Assembly: GCA_011321815.1 (NCBI GenBank)
Contig: DROS01000096.1
Coordinates: 10,750 to 74,749 of the forward strand
Length of the DNA: 64,000 nt
Source: Gammaproteobacteria bacterium
GTDB taxonomy: Bacteria > Pseudomonadota > Gammaproteobacteria > SZUA-152
Direction: 5' to 3'
The position numbers were made by a program, and so were the translations under genes. The notes under the pieces were generated by a model. That model was not told where the DNA came from. It made no database searches and saw nothing but the letters and a program-made list of their open reading frames with translations. Shown here piece after piece: positions 40,927 through 49,485 of the stretch. Every line of letters begins with the position of its first letter. Positions within the stretch are counted from its first letter, which is position 1.

Positions 40927-42097
40927 GCCACAACGCAGTGGTGGGCATCCAGTTTTCTACCTGTACGCCATCCAATGCCAGACGCAACAAGGCGAAATCC
41001 CATGGCGCCGGATGGTCATCACTGTCTGCTATTGTTGATTTGGCGCGTAACAGGCTGCGTGCCAGGTGGTTGGTTATCCATAAACGCCAGCTTTCCACAT
41101 CACGCCAGCCAGGAATCAGCTCGCTGTGCGGAGGGTCTATTCCCCAGGACAACAAACCATCGGTGTCCAGTGCTGCTGTAAATGGTACGCCATGGGATGG
41201 GCAGTCCTGCAATATCTTTTTCAGGTGTTTCGCCACCCGCGCCAGGGTGCGGTAATTTTCAAAATACGCCACCAGTTTGTCGGGCCGTAATATTCCAAAC
41301 AGATCCTGTCCCAGCTTGAATGACGGCACACCCATTTCAACAAAACAGCGCGCAATTTTGGGTAACACCTCGCTCAATACCCCGGGGGTCGGACTAATGT
41401 AGAGTTTGCAAGTCAAAGGTTCACTACGATCAAATGCCCCCTGCTGATGGTGCCATGCCAGCCACCCTGGCACGTTATGAAACACAAAGTGCTCATCAAG
41501 CAAACGATGTACTGCGCCACCAGGCTGAAGCCCCAAATGATTCTGTATCGCACGTTGGTCCGAAAGACGGTGAGCCCATGCAGGTGTTACTGGCATGCGG
41601 TGATAGCGATAGAGCCAGCGTGATAACGCCTTAGGGTCATCTATGGGAAGAGTCTGAGCCGCCTGCAAGGCGGCGTGTGAACAGGTTGTCAAAACATCGG
41701 CAGGTTCAGGAATGTTGGGTGTGGCGGCGAGAAGTGCTTTGCAGGCTGCCGGACCACTGAAAAAACGGCCCTCTTCTTCGATTTCCAGAATACCGTCCAG
41801 CACCATGCCCGCAATCCCTGCCTTATTCTGCAGGATGTCTGCGGGTAACGTCGCAGGCTGTCCGAGGCGTTGCAATAACGCAGCACTATTATTATCAACC
41901 GCCAGAATACCCAACGCGGGCTCCTGGTGTGGGACTAACACACCGTACTGACCGGCATCCGCAGCGAGTTCACGAAAGGGGGCCGCAGACACTGGAGGCA
42001 GCTGTTCATAGCCAACTAACCGGAATGCCGGGCTGGCGCGAAACAGGCGGCCTTCCAGGGGTTGAAGCTGAAGCCAGCTATGTTCGCCTGTTAACAT
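40901..42097 (-). CDS. Hypothetical 398-aa protein, middle gene of the kinase-LanC operon
   Basis: This ORF is translationally coupled on both sides: it overlaps the downstream kinase-LanC gene by 26 nt and the upstream 168-aa gene by 7 nt. I can assign no motif by eye. Confidence 0.5.
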   Translation of the reverse strand: MLTGEHSWLQLQPLEGRLFRASPAFRLVGYEQLPPVSAAPFRELAADAGQYGVLVPHQEPALGILAVDNNSAALLQRLGQPATLPADILQNKAGIAGMVLDGILEIEEEGRFFSGPAACKALLAATPNIPEPADVLTTCSHAALQAAQTLPIDDPKALSRWLYRYHRMPVTPAWAHRLSDQRAIQNHLGLQPGGAVHRLLDEHFVFHNVPGWLAWHHQQGAFDRSEPLTCKLYISPTPGVLSEVLPKIARCFVEMGVPSFKLGQDLFGILRPDKLVAYFENYRTLARVAKHLKKILQDCPSHGVPFTAALDTDGLLSWGIDPPHSELIPGWRDVESWRLWITNHLARSLLRAKSTIADSDDHPAPWDFALLRLALDGVQVENWMPTTALWHENGITND

Positions 42098-42597
42098 TCA
42101 CCTTTGGAGGAACGCAATTCTTCCAGTGCCCCTTCAAACATGGGTATCAGTTCCTGTGCATCTGTCTTTGCACGGCGTGCGGCAACCGCTTCGACGCCTT
42201 CAATTCTCGCCACGGCTTCGTTGAGCAGGCCTTTGACATATACAAGGTCATCCAATTGAAAGCCGCCTATGCTGGAGGCAAAGGGAGAAATGTTTTCGTT
42301 AGCCTCACAGGTCGCCATATCCTGGGAACAAAGTGCCAGCAATCCGCCGCCGACTGCCGCGCGCCCGATGTCTGTTGCCACGCGCTCAAGCTGGGCCGGT
42401 TCAAGACGGTTGATCTCTCCTTTATAACTATCCAGAAATTGCAGTTTATAAACATCCCGTGCCACGGCAATCACTGGTGTAAGCGGTGTGGGAAACTCCG
42501 AGGTGTCTGAATCAGGTCCTGGATAAGCGACACTTCCTCCACCCGTTTTGAGTGGCATAAGATTGACCATTAAATCTTTCACTTTATATGTACGCAT
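42091..42597 (-). CDS. Hypothetical 168-aa protein, first gene of the kinase-LanC operon (candidate substrate or accessory protein)
   Basis: It has a good Shine-Dalgarno sequence (GGAGAAAAGCC-ATG). A Ser/Thr/Pro-rich patch 'PGPDSDTSEFPTPLTP' is present and the C-terminus ends '…LRSSKGEC'. Confidence 0.45.
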   Translation of the reverse strand: MRTYKVKDLMVNLMPLKTGGGSVAYPGPDSDTSEFPTPLTPVIAVARDVYKLQFLDSYKGEINRLEPAQLERVATDIGRAAVGGGLLALCSQDMATCEANENISPFASSIGGFQLDDLVYVKGLLNEAVARIEGVEAVAARRAKTDAQELIPMFEGALEELRSSKGEC

Positions 42598-43342
42598 GGC
42601 TTTTCTCCTTTGAGAGACGAAATACGCACCGGCTCCTTGATATTGGATGGTGGTAAAAGTTAATGACTAAATCATTCGTTACATTACCAGTAGCGACGCT
42701 GCCTTCCTTCCAGATTGACGCTTTACGAATGGCAAGCGGAGAGACGGAAAAAAACGGAGCCCTCACTGCAACTATAGACTATATATACCCGTAGCGATTG
42801 AGATTCAGGCCTGATTGCACGCCCTGTTTCCGCCATGGCCGCGTTGTTGTCCTTGTCATAGAATAACGATTACGTGTCATGTCGCCTCGCCATGCAGAAA
42901 ATATGACGCACACTTAAACCGAAACCCCAAACGCCACGAGTATATGGCGCTGTGTCATCAATGTGATAATGACCGGAAATTTCATAAATGTGATTTTTAG
43001 GGTGTAAAAAAACGTGACCGTCCGGTTAAGGAAATCCGGCGATTCTGATGAAATCACGCCTAACAACAAACGTCGTGCCTTGATGACATCAATGCCTGTG
43101 CCAGCAGCAGGTCTTACCCAACCGGGGTGTTCTTTATGTTTAAAAAATGCCAAATTTAAAGGAACAACCTGGGGCGCTTGTCCGTCTACACGGCGTAAGA
43201 GTCTCGGTAGTTACCTCATCAGATAAGAATTTGAGTACCGTGTCGCAAATCAATCGACTGTCAGTCAATATGCCGGGCGCAGGGACGATGATATTTCCCG
43301 GAAGCTGTGTGCTCCCCCGTTTAGTAAGCAGAGGAATGTGTA

Positions 43343-46300
43343 ATGCCATGGATTAAGCCCGTTTTCCCTTCCACTATATGCTGTCCCCGTCGTTTTGTAT
43401 CGGCGTTTTTCTTTTTCGCGGTGTTACTGATTTCAAACCATGCCTTCGCTGTAATTGGTGCGGCGCCAAACACCACCATTCAGAATCTCCCCGCCAACAC
43501 CTGGTACGAGGTTCCGAACAGCGAGATGCGTCAAGTGGAAGCCAAGGGCGCGGATTATCCCGGCATCTGGGGTAACCACCCGGATGATCCCACGCCAAGG
43601 AAGAGCAACTTTCCAAGTGGTCAGGGGGTTTTTCTGTGGAGTGGTGCAGTGTTTGACGACTATCGCAATCGCCTGGTGTTATGGGGTGGTGGGCACAACT
43701 CATACTACGGTAACGAGCTTTATGCCTTTGATCTCACCTCCTTAAACTGGGAACGGGTTACCAACCCCTCGCCGCCCACTTATGATGATATTTGTGTTGC
43801 TGTTTTGTCTGATGGCAACCCCAATAGCCGCCACACTTATTACAATCTGGCCTATATCCCCACCACAGACAAATTTTTTTCCACGCCGGCAGGGACCACA
43901 TCCTGCGAGGCTTCCGGATTGGATTTCAACACCTGGAGCTTTGATTTCGATAGTAAAGACTGGCTCAATCTTGCCCCCGCCACCGAACTTAACGGTAACG
44001 GCAAGGCAGTACAGCCCCCGGGTTGGGCGCCTACGGCGGCGGCTTACAATCCACTGGATAACAAGGTGTACTCTGTTGGCCCCGAGGGGCTGTTTGCCTA
44101 CGATGTGGTTGCCAATCGTTGGGATAAACTGAATTCCTCCGGATTGGGGGGAGACCGCGGTGTGGTGGTGGACGAGAAGCGTGAGCTGCTAGTCGTGGTG
44201 GGGCGTGGTGAGGTGGTGGTCTACGATTTGGCCAATCAGAATTATACCCCCCAATTCTGGGATACCGTGGGTGATGAGGACTATAACCTTAATAATAATT
44301 TCCGCCCGGGTGTGAATTACGATCCGGTGGCGGACCGCATCGTAGTGTGGGATGGGGGAGCCGTGCGTGCGCTCAATATGGATACCCGTCGCTGGGATGA
44401 TCTTGCGGTGGCGCCCCAGGTGCGCCATTTTACGGGCACTTACGGTCGCTTTCGCTATAGCCGACGGGAAAACGCCTATGTGTTGGTCAATGATGCGACA
44501 GAGAATGTACTGATCTACAAGCTGGCAGACCCTGCTGCCTTGCGGGTGGTTCTGGACCCTGTTGATATTGCCGTGGATCAGGGGCAAACCGCAACATTCA
44601 GTGTGTTCGCAATTGGTGATAGTGAGCTTAGCTATCAGTGGCGCAAAAACGGAGGAGTCATTGACGGTGCCACACAGGCAAGTTACACACTCACGGCCTC
44701 CGATATGGCTGACAATGATGCGGAGTTTGATGTCGAAATCACCAATAATGGCAGCAGCCTGATCAGCGCTTCCGCCAGGCTTACGATTGTTCAGGACATT
44801 GATGCCCCGACAGTGGTTTCTGTACTGCCCCTTGGGGCTGACACTGTCCAGGTGGTGTTCAGCGAGCCGGTGGAAACAGCGTCGGCACAAAATGCCAGTC
44901 GTTACAGCCTCGCGCCTTCCGTCACAGTCAATAGTGCTGTGCTGGCGGCCAACACTCGGGTGGTGTTGCTTGATGTCAGTGGCCTCAGTGAGGGCACTGA
45001 ATACACCCTGATCATTGACGACGGTATCAGCGACCGCGCTATTGTGCCCAACGTCATGACAGAAATGACCAATGTCAATTTTGTCTATCGCGCCAATGAA
45101 GGGTTCGAGGGTGGTGATGCCGCAGGTTTTGAGCCCCAAACGCCATCGCGCTGGACGGTGGTACAGGACGGTGGTGATTACGCCTACAGTCTTAATACTT
45201 CAAATTTTGACAGCCCTGGCAATGGCTTGTTGGGTGAATACAGTCTGTTGCCGGGGATCTATGGTGACGTGGTGTTTAGCGTTAATGCCCGGCTGGGTGA
45301 CGAGGTGGCCAGTAATAATTTCGCTGATATGGCGCTGTTGTTTGGTTATCAGGACGCCAATAACTATTACTATCTGCTTCTTAATAATGCAATGTCTGCC
45401 ACGCAATTGTTCAAAGTGGAATCGGGTCGCCGTAGCGAACTGGCCACGGCCACGACGGACTGGTTGAATGACAACCTTTATCACGCCATTGACATTGTGC
45501 GTAGTGGTGATCAAATCCGGGTCACTTTTGATGGCAACATGCTGCTGAGCGCCACGGATGCCACGTTTGCGATGGGTCGTCTGGGCGTTGGCAGCTTCAA
45601 TGATTCCGCCTTTTTTGATGACGTTCGCGTACGTGCGGTACCTGCTGGTGGTGCCACCAATAGCGCGCCCACGGCTGCCAGTGCCAGTATTACAACCAAT
45701 GAAAACACACCGAGCGGAGGTGTATCCGCGCAGGTAACAGACCCGGATGATGGCGCTGATCATGTTATCAGCATTGTTTTACAGCCTTCGAACGGTACTG
45801 CACAGGTGATTAACAACAAGCTGGTTTACACGCCAGGCACAGGATTTGTCGGCAATGACAGCTTCCAGTTCAGCGCCACGGACTCGGGCGGGCTGTCTGT
45901 CACCGGTATTGCCAGCGTTACGGTGTTGGCCGCGGGGGGTGGAAACAATGCACCCACCGCCGCCAGTGCCAGCATCACTACCTACGAAGATACATCGAGC
46001 GAAGGTGTGTCCGCGCAGGTAACAGACCCGGATGATGGCGCCGATCATGTTATCAGCATTGTTTTACAGCCTTCGAACGGCACTGCACAGGTGATTAACA
46101 ACAAGCTGGTTTACACGCCAGATAGCGGTTTTGTCGGTGATGACAACTTCCAGTTCAGTGCCACGGATTCGGGCGGGCTGTCTGTCACCGGTACCGCCAG
46201 CGTCACAGTGTTGGCAGAAGAGCCGTCTGACAATGGCGGCAGTTCCACGGTGGGTGGTGGCAGCGGTGGTGGCGGTGGCAGTTTTGGCGTATTGCTGCTA

Positions 46301-46402
46301 TTGGCCCTGTTGTTCATGAAATACAGTTTTGTCTTTCTTTCTGTTCCGGCACATCGTCAAAATAATCTTGATGCTGTACTGAGGGTTGATCAGTTGTCCT
46401 GA
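43343..46402 (+). CDS. Large secreted multi-domain surface protein (Kelch/beta-propeller-like region, Ig-like domains, concanavalin/LamG-like domain, two tandem cadherin/VCBS-like repeats, Gly-rich linker and a C-terminal hydrophobic anchor)
   Basis: The 1019-aa product has a signal peptide (…FFFAVLLISNHAFAV) and an Ig-like segment '…FSVFAIGDSELSYQWRKNGGVIDGATQASYTLTASD…'. Two 95-aa repeats are present. The C-terminus is 'GGGSGGGGGSFGVLLLLALLFMKY…'. Confidence 0.75.
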   Translation: MPWIKPVFPSTICCPRRFVSAFFFFAVLLISNHAFAVIGAAPNTTIQNLPANTWYEVPNSEMRQVEAKGADYPGIWGNHPDDPTPRKSNFPSGQGVFLWSGAVFDDYRNRLVLWGGGHNSYYGNELYAFDLTSLNWERVTNPSPPTYDDICVAVLSDGNPNSRHTYYNLAYIPTTDKFFSTPAGTTSCEASGLDFNTWSFDFDSKDWLNLAPATELNGNGKAVQPPGWAPTAAAYNPLDNKVYSVGPEGLFAYDVVANRWDKLNSSGLGGDRGVVVDEKRELLVVVGRGEVVVYDLANQNYTPQFWDTVGDEDYNLNNNFRPGVNYDPVADRIVVWDGGAVRALNMDTRRWDDLAVAPQVRHFTGTYGRFRYSRRENAYVLVNDATENVLIYKLADPAALRVVLDPVDIAVDQGQTATFSVFAIGDSELSYQWRKNGGVIDGATQASYTLTASDMADNDAEFDVEITNNGSSLISASARLTIVQDIDAPTVVSVLPLGADTVQVVFSEPVETASAQNASRYSLAPSVTVNSAVLAANTRVVLLDVSGLSEGTEYTLIIDDGISDRAIVPNVMTEMTNVNFVYRANEGFEGGDAAGFEPQTPSRWTVVQDGGDYAYSLNTSNFDSPGNGLLGEYSLLPGIYGDVVFSVNARLGDEVASNNFADMALLFGYQDANNYYYLLLNNAMSATQLFKVESGRRSELATATTDWLNDNLYHAIDIVRSGDQIRVTFDGNMLLSATDATFAMGRLGVGSFNDSAFFDDVRVRAVPAGGATNSAPTAASASITTNENTPSGGVSAQVTDPDDGADHVISIVLQPSNGTAQVINNKLVYTPGTGFVGNDSFQFSATDSGGLSVTGIASVTVLAAGGGNNAPTAASASITTYEDTSSEGVSAQVTDPDDGADHVISIVLQPSNGTAQVINNKLVYTPDSGFVGDDNFQFSATDSGGLSVTGTASVTVLAEEPSDNGGSSTVGGGSGGGGGSFGVLLLLALLFMKYSFVFLSVPAHRQNNLDAVLRVDQLS
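45656..46225 (+). repeat. Two tandem 285-bp near-identical repeats inside the surface-protein gene
   Basis: The anchor 'gccagtgccag' occurs at 45677 and at 45962 (period 285 bp). The encoded repeats '…APTAASASITT…VSAQVTDPDDGADHVISIVLQPSNGTAQVINNKLVYTP…FQFSATDSGGLSVTG…' are more than 90% identical. Confidence 0.8.
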
Positions 46403-46413
46403 ACAAAAGTACA

Positions 46414-46444
46414 CCAGGGGGGGTAGATGAGTCACCCCCCCTGG
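46414..46444 (+). terminator. G/C-rich stem-loop just downstream of the surface-protein stop codon
   Basis: The sequence ccaggggggg-(11 nt)-ccccccctgg forms a 10-bp stem. It is not followed by a clear T-run. Confidence 0.35.
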
Positions 46445-46770
46445 GCACCTCTCTGTCTGACGGCAGGATTCAGATACTCACCTCATAAAATTGCGCGTGT
46501 CCTCGCGTTTCCCTAAAATGCACGGAGTTCCGGGTTTGGTGGTCCAGATAAGTCTGTACGTGGTGCATCTGCGTGCGGCTGAGTGCTGCTGAAGTCTCAA
46601 AGCGTCGCGTTCATGCGCGTATAATCAGTTTACAATTTTTGCGCAGGAAGCGAATACAACATGTCAATAATGTCCTTTCGTGTTACCACGGCGACCGTGA
46701 TTCAGGCCTGGGAAATTTTTCCAGTGCTGTTTTCTGCTCCCGTTTTTGTTGACGGGCGTGGGTGTAGCCA

Positions 46771-48234
46771 ATGATCGGGATGCTTAAAAACACCGTCAAA
46801 CAGGCATTTCTTCGCCGGATTGCGGCCTCTGATCGCAAGGCTTTTGCGCAGCGGGGGCTCGATTTGCATGGTCTTTCACCGTCTCACTGGAATTTGAATA
46901 TCAACGAATCCGGTCACCTGGAGGCGCAGGGTTGCGACCTGGTTTCCCTCGCCAGGCAATATGGCGCACCGCTGTATGTGGTGGATAGGGAGAGGCTGGC
47001 CCGAAATTATCGCGCCTTTTATGATGCGTTTGCCGATCATTATCCCAAGGTTGTGATTGGCACCTCCTACAAAACCAACCCGTTACCGCGGGTAATCAGC
47101 GCGTTGCATGAATGTGGCGCCTGCGCGGAAGTCATTTCCCATTTTGAGCTTTGGCTGGCCCTGAAACTGGGTGTGCCCGGGTCTTCCATTATCGTCAACG
47201 GTCCGGGCAAAACCCGCGAAGGGTTGGAGCTGGCTATTTCCCATCAGGCCAAGATCATCAACATTGATGGCCTGCACGAAATCGAGTGGATTGCGGACTT
47301 GATGAAAAAATATGATCACCGGCAACGGGTTGGTGTGCGGGTGGTGACCTCGGTGGGATGGTCGGCGCAATTCGGGCTGGGCATTGGCAATGGTGATGCG
47401 TTGAAGGCGTTTCAACAATTGCGTGCACGCGAGCAGATTGAACCCTGTGGCATACATGTGCACCTTGGTACCGGGATTCGCAATATCGAAACCTATCTGA
47501 AGGCGATAAAAGAAGTGCTGGAGTTTGCCCGCCTGTTGAAGCGTGATCTCGACATTGATATCCGTTATTTTGATTTTGGCGGTGGCTTTGGTGTGCCCAC
47601 CGTGCGTGAATTTTCGGAGATTGATGTAATGTTGCGGGCCAATAATATGCCCGTACGGCCACTGGACACGGAGGCCTGTCCTGATATCGCAGAATACGGA
47701 AAGGCCATCAGCGCACTGATGAGCCAGTATTACCCGCTCGCTGATCCTGCGGCGCCCACCCTGATATTTGAACCGGGGCGCGCCATTACCAGCAGTGCGC
47801 AGATGCTGTTGCTGGAAGTATTGGCCACCAAAGCGGGCGCCAATGGCGTGACCAATATCATTGCCAACGGCGGGAAAAATATCGCCATGCCAACGGGGTA
47901 CGAGTATCACGAGTTGTTCGTGGCCTCAAAAATGAATGCGCCGCGTAGCGGTCGTTGCAGCGTCTTTGGCCCCTTGTGCCATCCTGGCGATATACTTTTC
48001 AAGTTAAAAAAACTGCCCGATGTCTCCGCAGGCGATATTCTCGCCATCATGGATGCCGGCGCCTATTTTGTGCCGAACCAGATGAATTTTTCCAACCCGA
48101 GACCCCCGGCGGTCATGTTACAAGAGGGCAAGGCGGAGTTGATTCGTGAGCGGGAAAGTTTCGAAAACATCATTTCCCTGGATCAATTACAAGCTGAAAC
48201 CGGTCGCTGCGATTCTGCGGCGGTCAATCAATGA
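46771..48234 (+). CDS. PLP-dependent decarboxylase (Orn/DAP/Arg decarboxylase fold), exosortase A system-associated
   Basis: The 487-aa product has an alanine racemase-like TIM barrel plus a C-terminal beta domain ('…GPLCHPGD…' region). It lies immediately upstream of the GT and xrtA genes. Confidence 0.8.
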   Translation: MIGMLKNTVKQAFLRRIAASDRKAFAQRGLDLHGLSPSHWNLNINESGHLEAQGCDLVSLARQYGAPLYVVDRERLARNYRAFYDAFADHYPKVVIGTSYKTNPLPRVISALHECGACAEVISHFELWLALKLGVPGSSIIVNGPGKTREGLELAISHQAKIINIDGLHEIEWIADLMKKYDHRQRVGVRVVTSVGWSAQFGLGIGNGDALKAFQQLRAREQIEPCGIHVHLGTGIRNIETYLKAIKEVLEFARLLKRDLDIDIRYFDFGGGFGVPTVREFSEIDVMLRANNMPVRPLDTEACPDIAEYGKAISALMSQYYPLADPAAPTLIFEPGRAITSSAQMLLLEVLATKAGANGVTNIIANGGKNIAMPTGYEYHELFVASKMNAPRSGRCSVFGPLCHPGDILFKLKKLPDVSAGDILAIMDAGAYFVPNQMNFSNPRPPAVMLQEGKAELIRERESFENIISLDQLQAETGRCDSAAVNQ

Positions 48235-48252
48235 TCTGCCGGGGCCAGTGAC

Positions 48253-49485
48253 GTGGAAGACCTGCTGTTCCTTACTCACCGTATTCCCTATCCGCCCAAT
48301 AAAGGCGATAAAATTCGCTCGTTTAACCTGCTCAAACAGTTGGTTAAGGATTACCGGGTGCATCTCGGCACATTTATTGATGATCCCGTTGACTGGCAAT
48401 ACGTTGCTGAGCTGGACAGGCTTTGTGAGCAGACCTGCTATGTGGGGCTGAATCCACTTGCTGCCAAACTGCGCAGCACCCGAGGGTTTCTTACGGGCGA
48501 GGCGCTGACGCTGCCTTATTACCGGAATGCGCGCATGCAGAAATGGGTGGATGGCACTCTGCATGAGCATTCCATAAACAGAGTGCTGATTTTTTCTTCA
48601 GCTATGTGTCAATACCTGTTGCATGATAGCGCCAGCCATACTCGCCGCGTGGTTGATTTTGTCGATATTGATTCCGACAAATGGAAACAATACAGCGAAT
48701 CATTAAAGTGGCCCATGAGCTGGGTATACAAGCGCGAAAGCAAAACCCTGCTGGAATTTGAACGCCGTGTGGCCAGACAATTTGATGCATCGATTTTTGT
48801 ATCCCAGGCCGAGTCGGCTATGTTTAAAAAACTGGCGCCGGAAAGCGCCGCCCGGGTGGGTTATATAGAAAATGGTGTTGATGCCGACTATTTTTCTCAA
48901 AGCCAAAACCTGCAAAATCCCTATGCACCGGAGGAAAAGGTACTGGTGTTTACCGGAGCAATGGATTACTGGGCCAATGCCGATGCCGTTGTGTGGTTTG
49001 CGCAAGCAGTGTTTCCGGACATTCTTAAGCAGGTGCCTGAGGCACGGTTTTATATTGTGGGCGGCCGCCCCGGCGAAGCGGTAAAAAAGCTGGATGCGGA
49101 AGCCGGGGTTCATGTAACAGGTTCGGTAAAGGAGATTCGTCCGTATCTGGCGTATGCGCAGGCTGCTGTTGCGCCGTTAAGAATTGCACGAGGTGTGCAA
49201 AACAAGGTGCTGGAGGCAATGGCCATGGAAAAGCCAGTGCTGGCAACCTCGGCGGCATTGGACGGCATTGTGGATTGCGCGGCCTTGGAAACGCTCAGAG
49301 CCGATGATCCCGGTGTAATGGCAAGCAAGGCGGTTGAATTATTGACCACGGATATTGGTGAAGCGCTGGGTAAGGCGGGCCGGACTTGTATTACTGCCCA
49401 TTACGACTGGGCCCGTAATCTCAACCGTATAGAACAGTTGCTGGAAAATACTGATGGCACCGGTCCGGGGATGAAGAACATATGA
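48253..49485 (+). CDS. Glycosyltransferase family 4 (GT1 fold), PEP-CTERM/XrtA system-associated 'stp1' type
   Basis: The N-terminus is 'LLFLTHRIPYPPNKGDKIR' and the product has a C-terminal GT1 domain. It overlaps the xrtA start. Confidence 0.8.
   Translation: MEDLLFLTHRIPYPPNKGDKIRSFNLLKQLVKDYRVHLGTFIDDPVDWQYVAELDRLCEQTCYVGLNPLAAKLRSTRGFLTGEALTLPYYRNARMQKWVDGTLHEHSINRVLIFSSAMCQYLLHDSASHTRRVVDFVDIDSDKWKQYSESLKWPMSWVYKRESKTLLEFERRVARQFDASIFVSQAESAMFKKLAPESAARVGYIENGVDADYFSQSQNLQNPYAPEEKVLVFTGAMDYWANADAVVWFAQAVFPDILKQVPEARFYIVGGRPGEAVKKLDAEAGVHVTGSVKEIRPYLAYAQAAVAPLRIARGVQNKVLEAMAMEKPVLATSAALDGIVDCAALETLRADDPGVMASKAVELLTTDIGEALGKAGRTCITAHYDWARNLNRIEQLLENTDGTGPGMKNI

Noticed and set aside
44189-45139. 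316-aa minus-strand ORF inside the surface-protein gene
   Set aside because: It is antisense to a gene with a signal peptide, Ig-like domains and tandem repeats. It is a shadow ORF produced by GC-rich repetitive sequence.
43343-46402. Surface protein as a canonical PEP-CTERM substrate
   Set aside because: The C-terminus lacks the PEP tripeptide immediately before the helix and lacks the Arg-rich tail. It is therefore reported as non-canonical rather than PEP-CTERM.
47083-47910. 275-aa minus-strand ORF
   Set aside because: It is antisense within the PLP-decarboxylase gene, which has clear family features. It is a shadow ORF.
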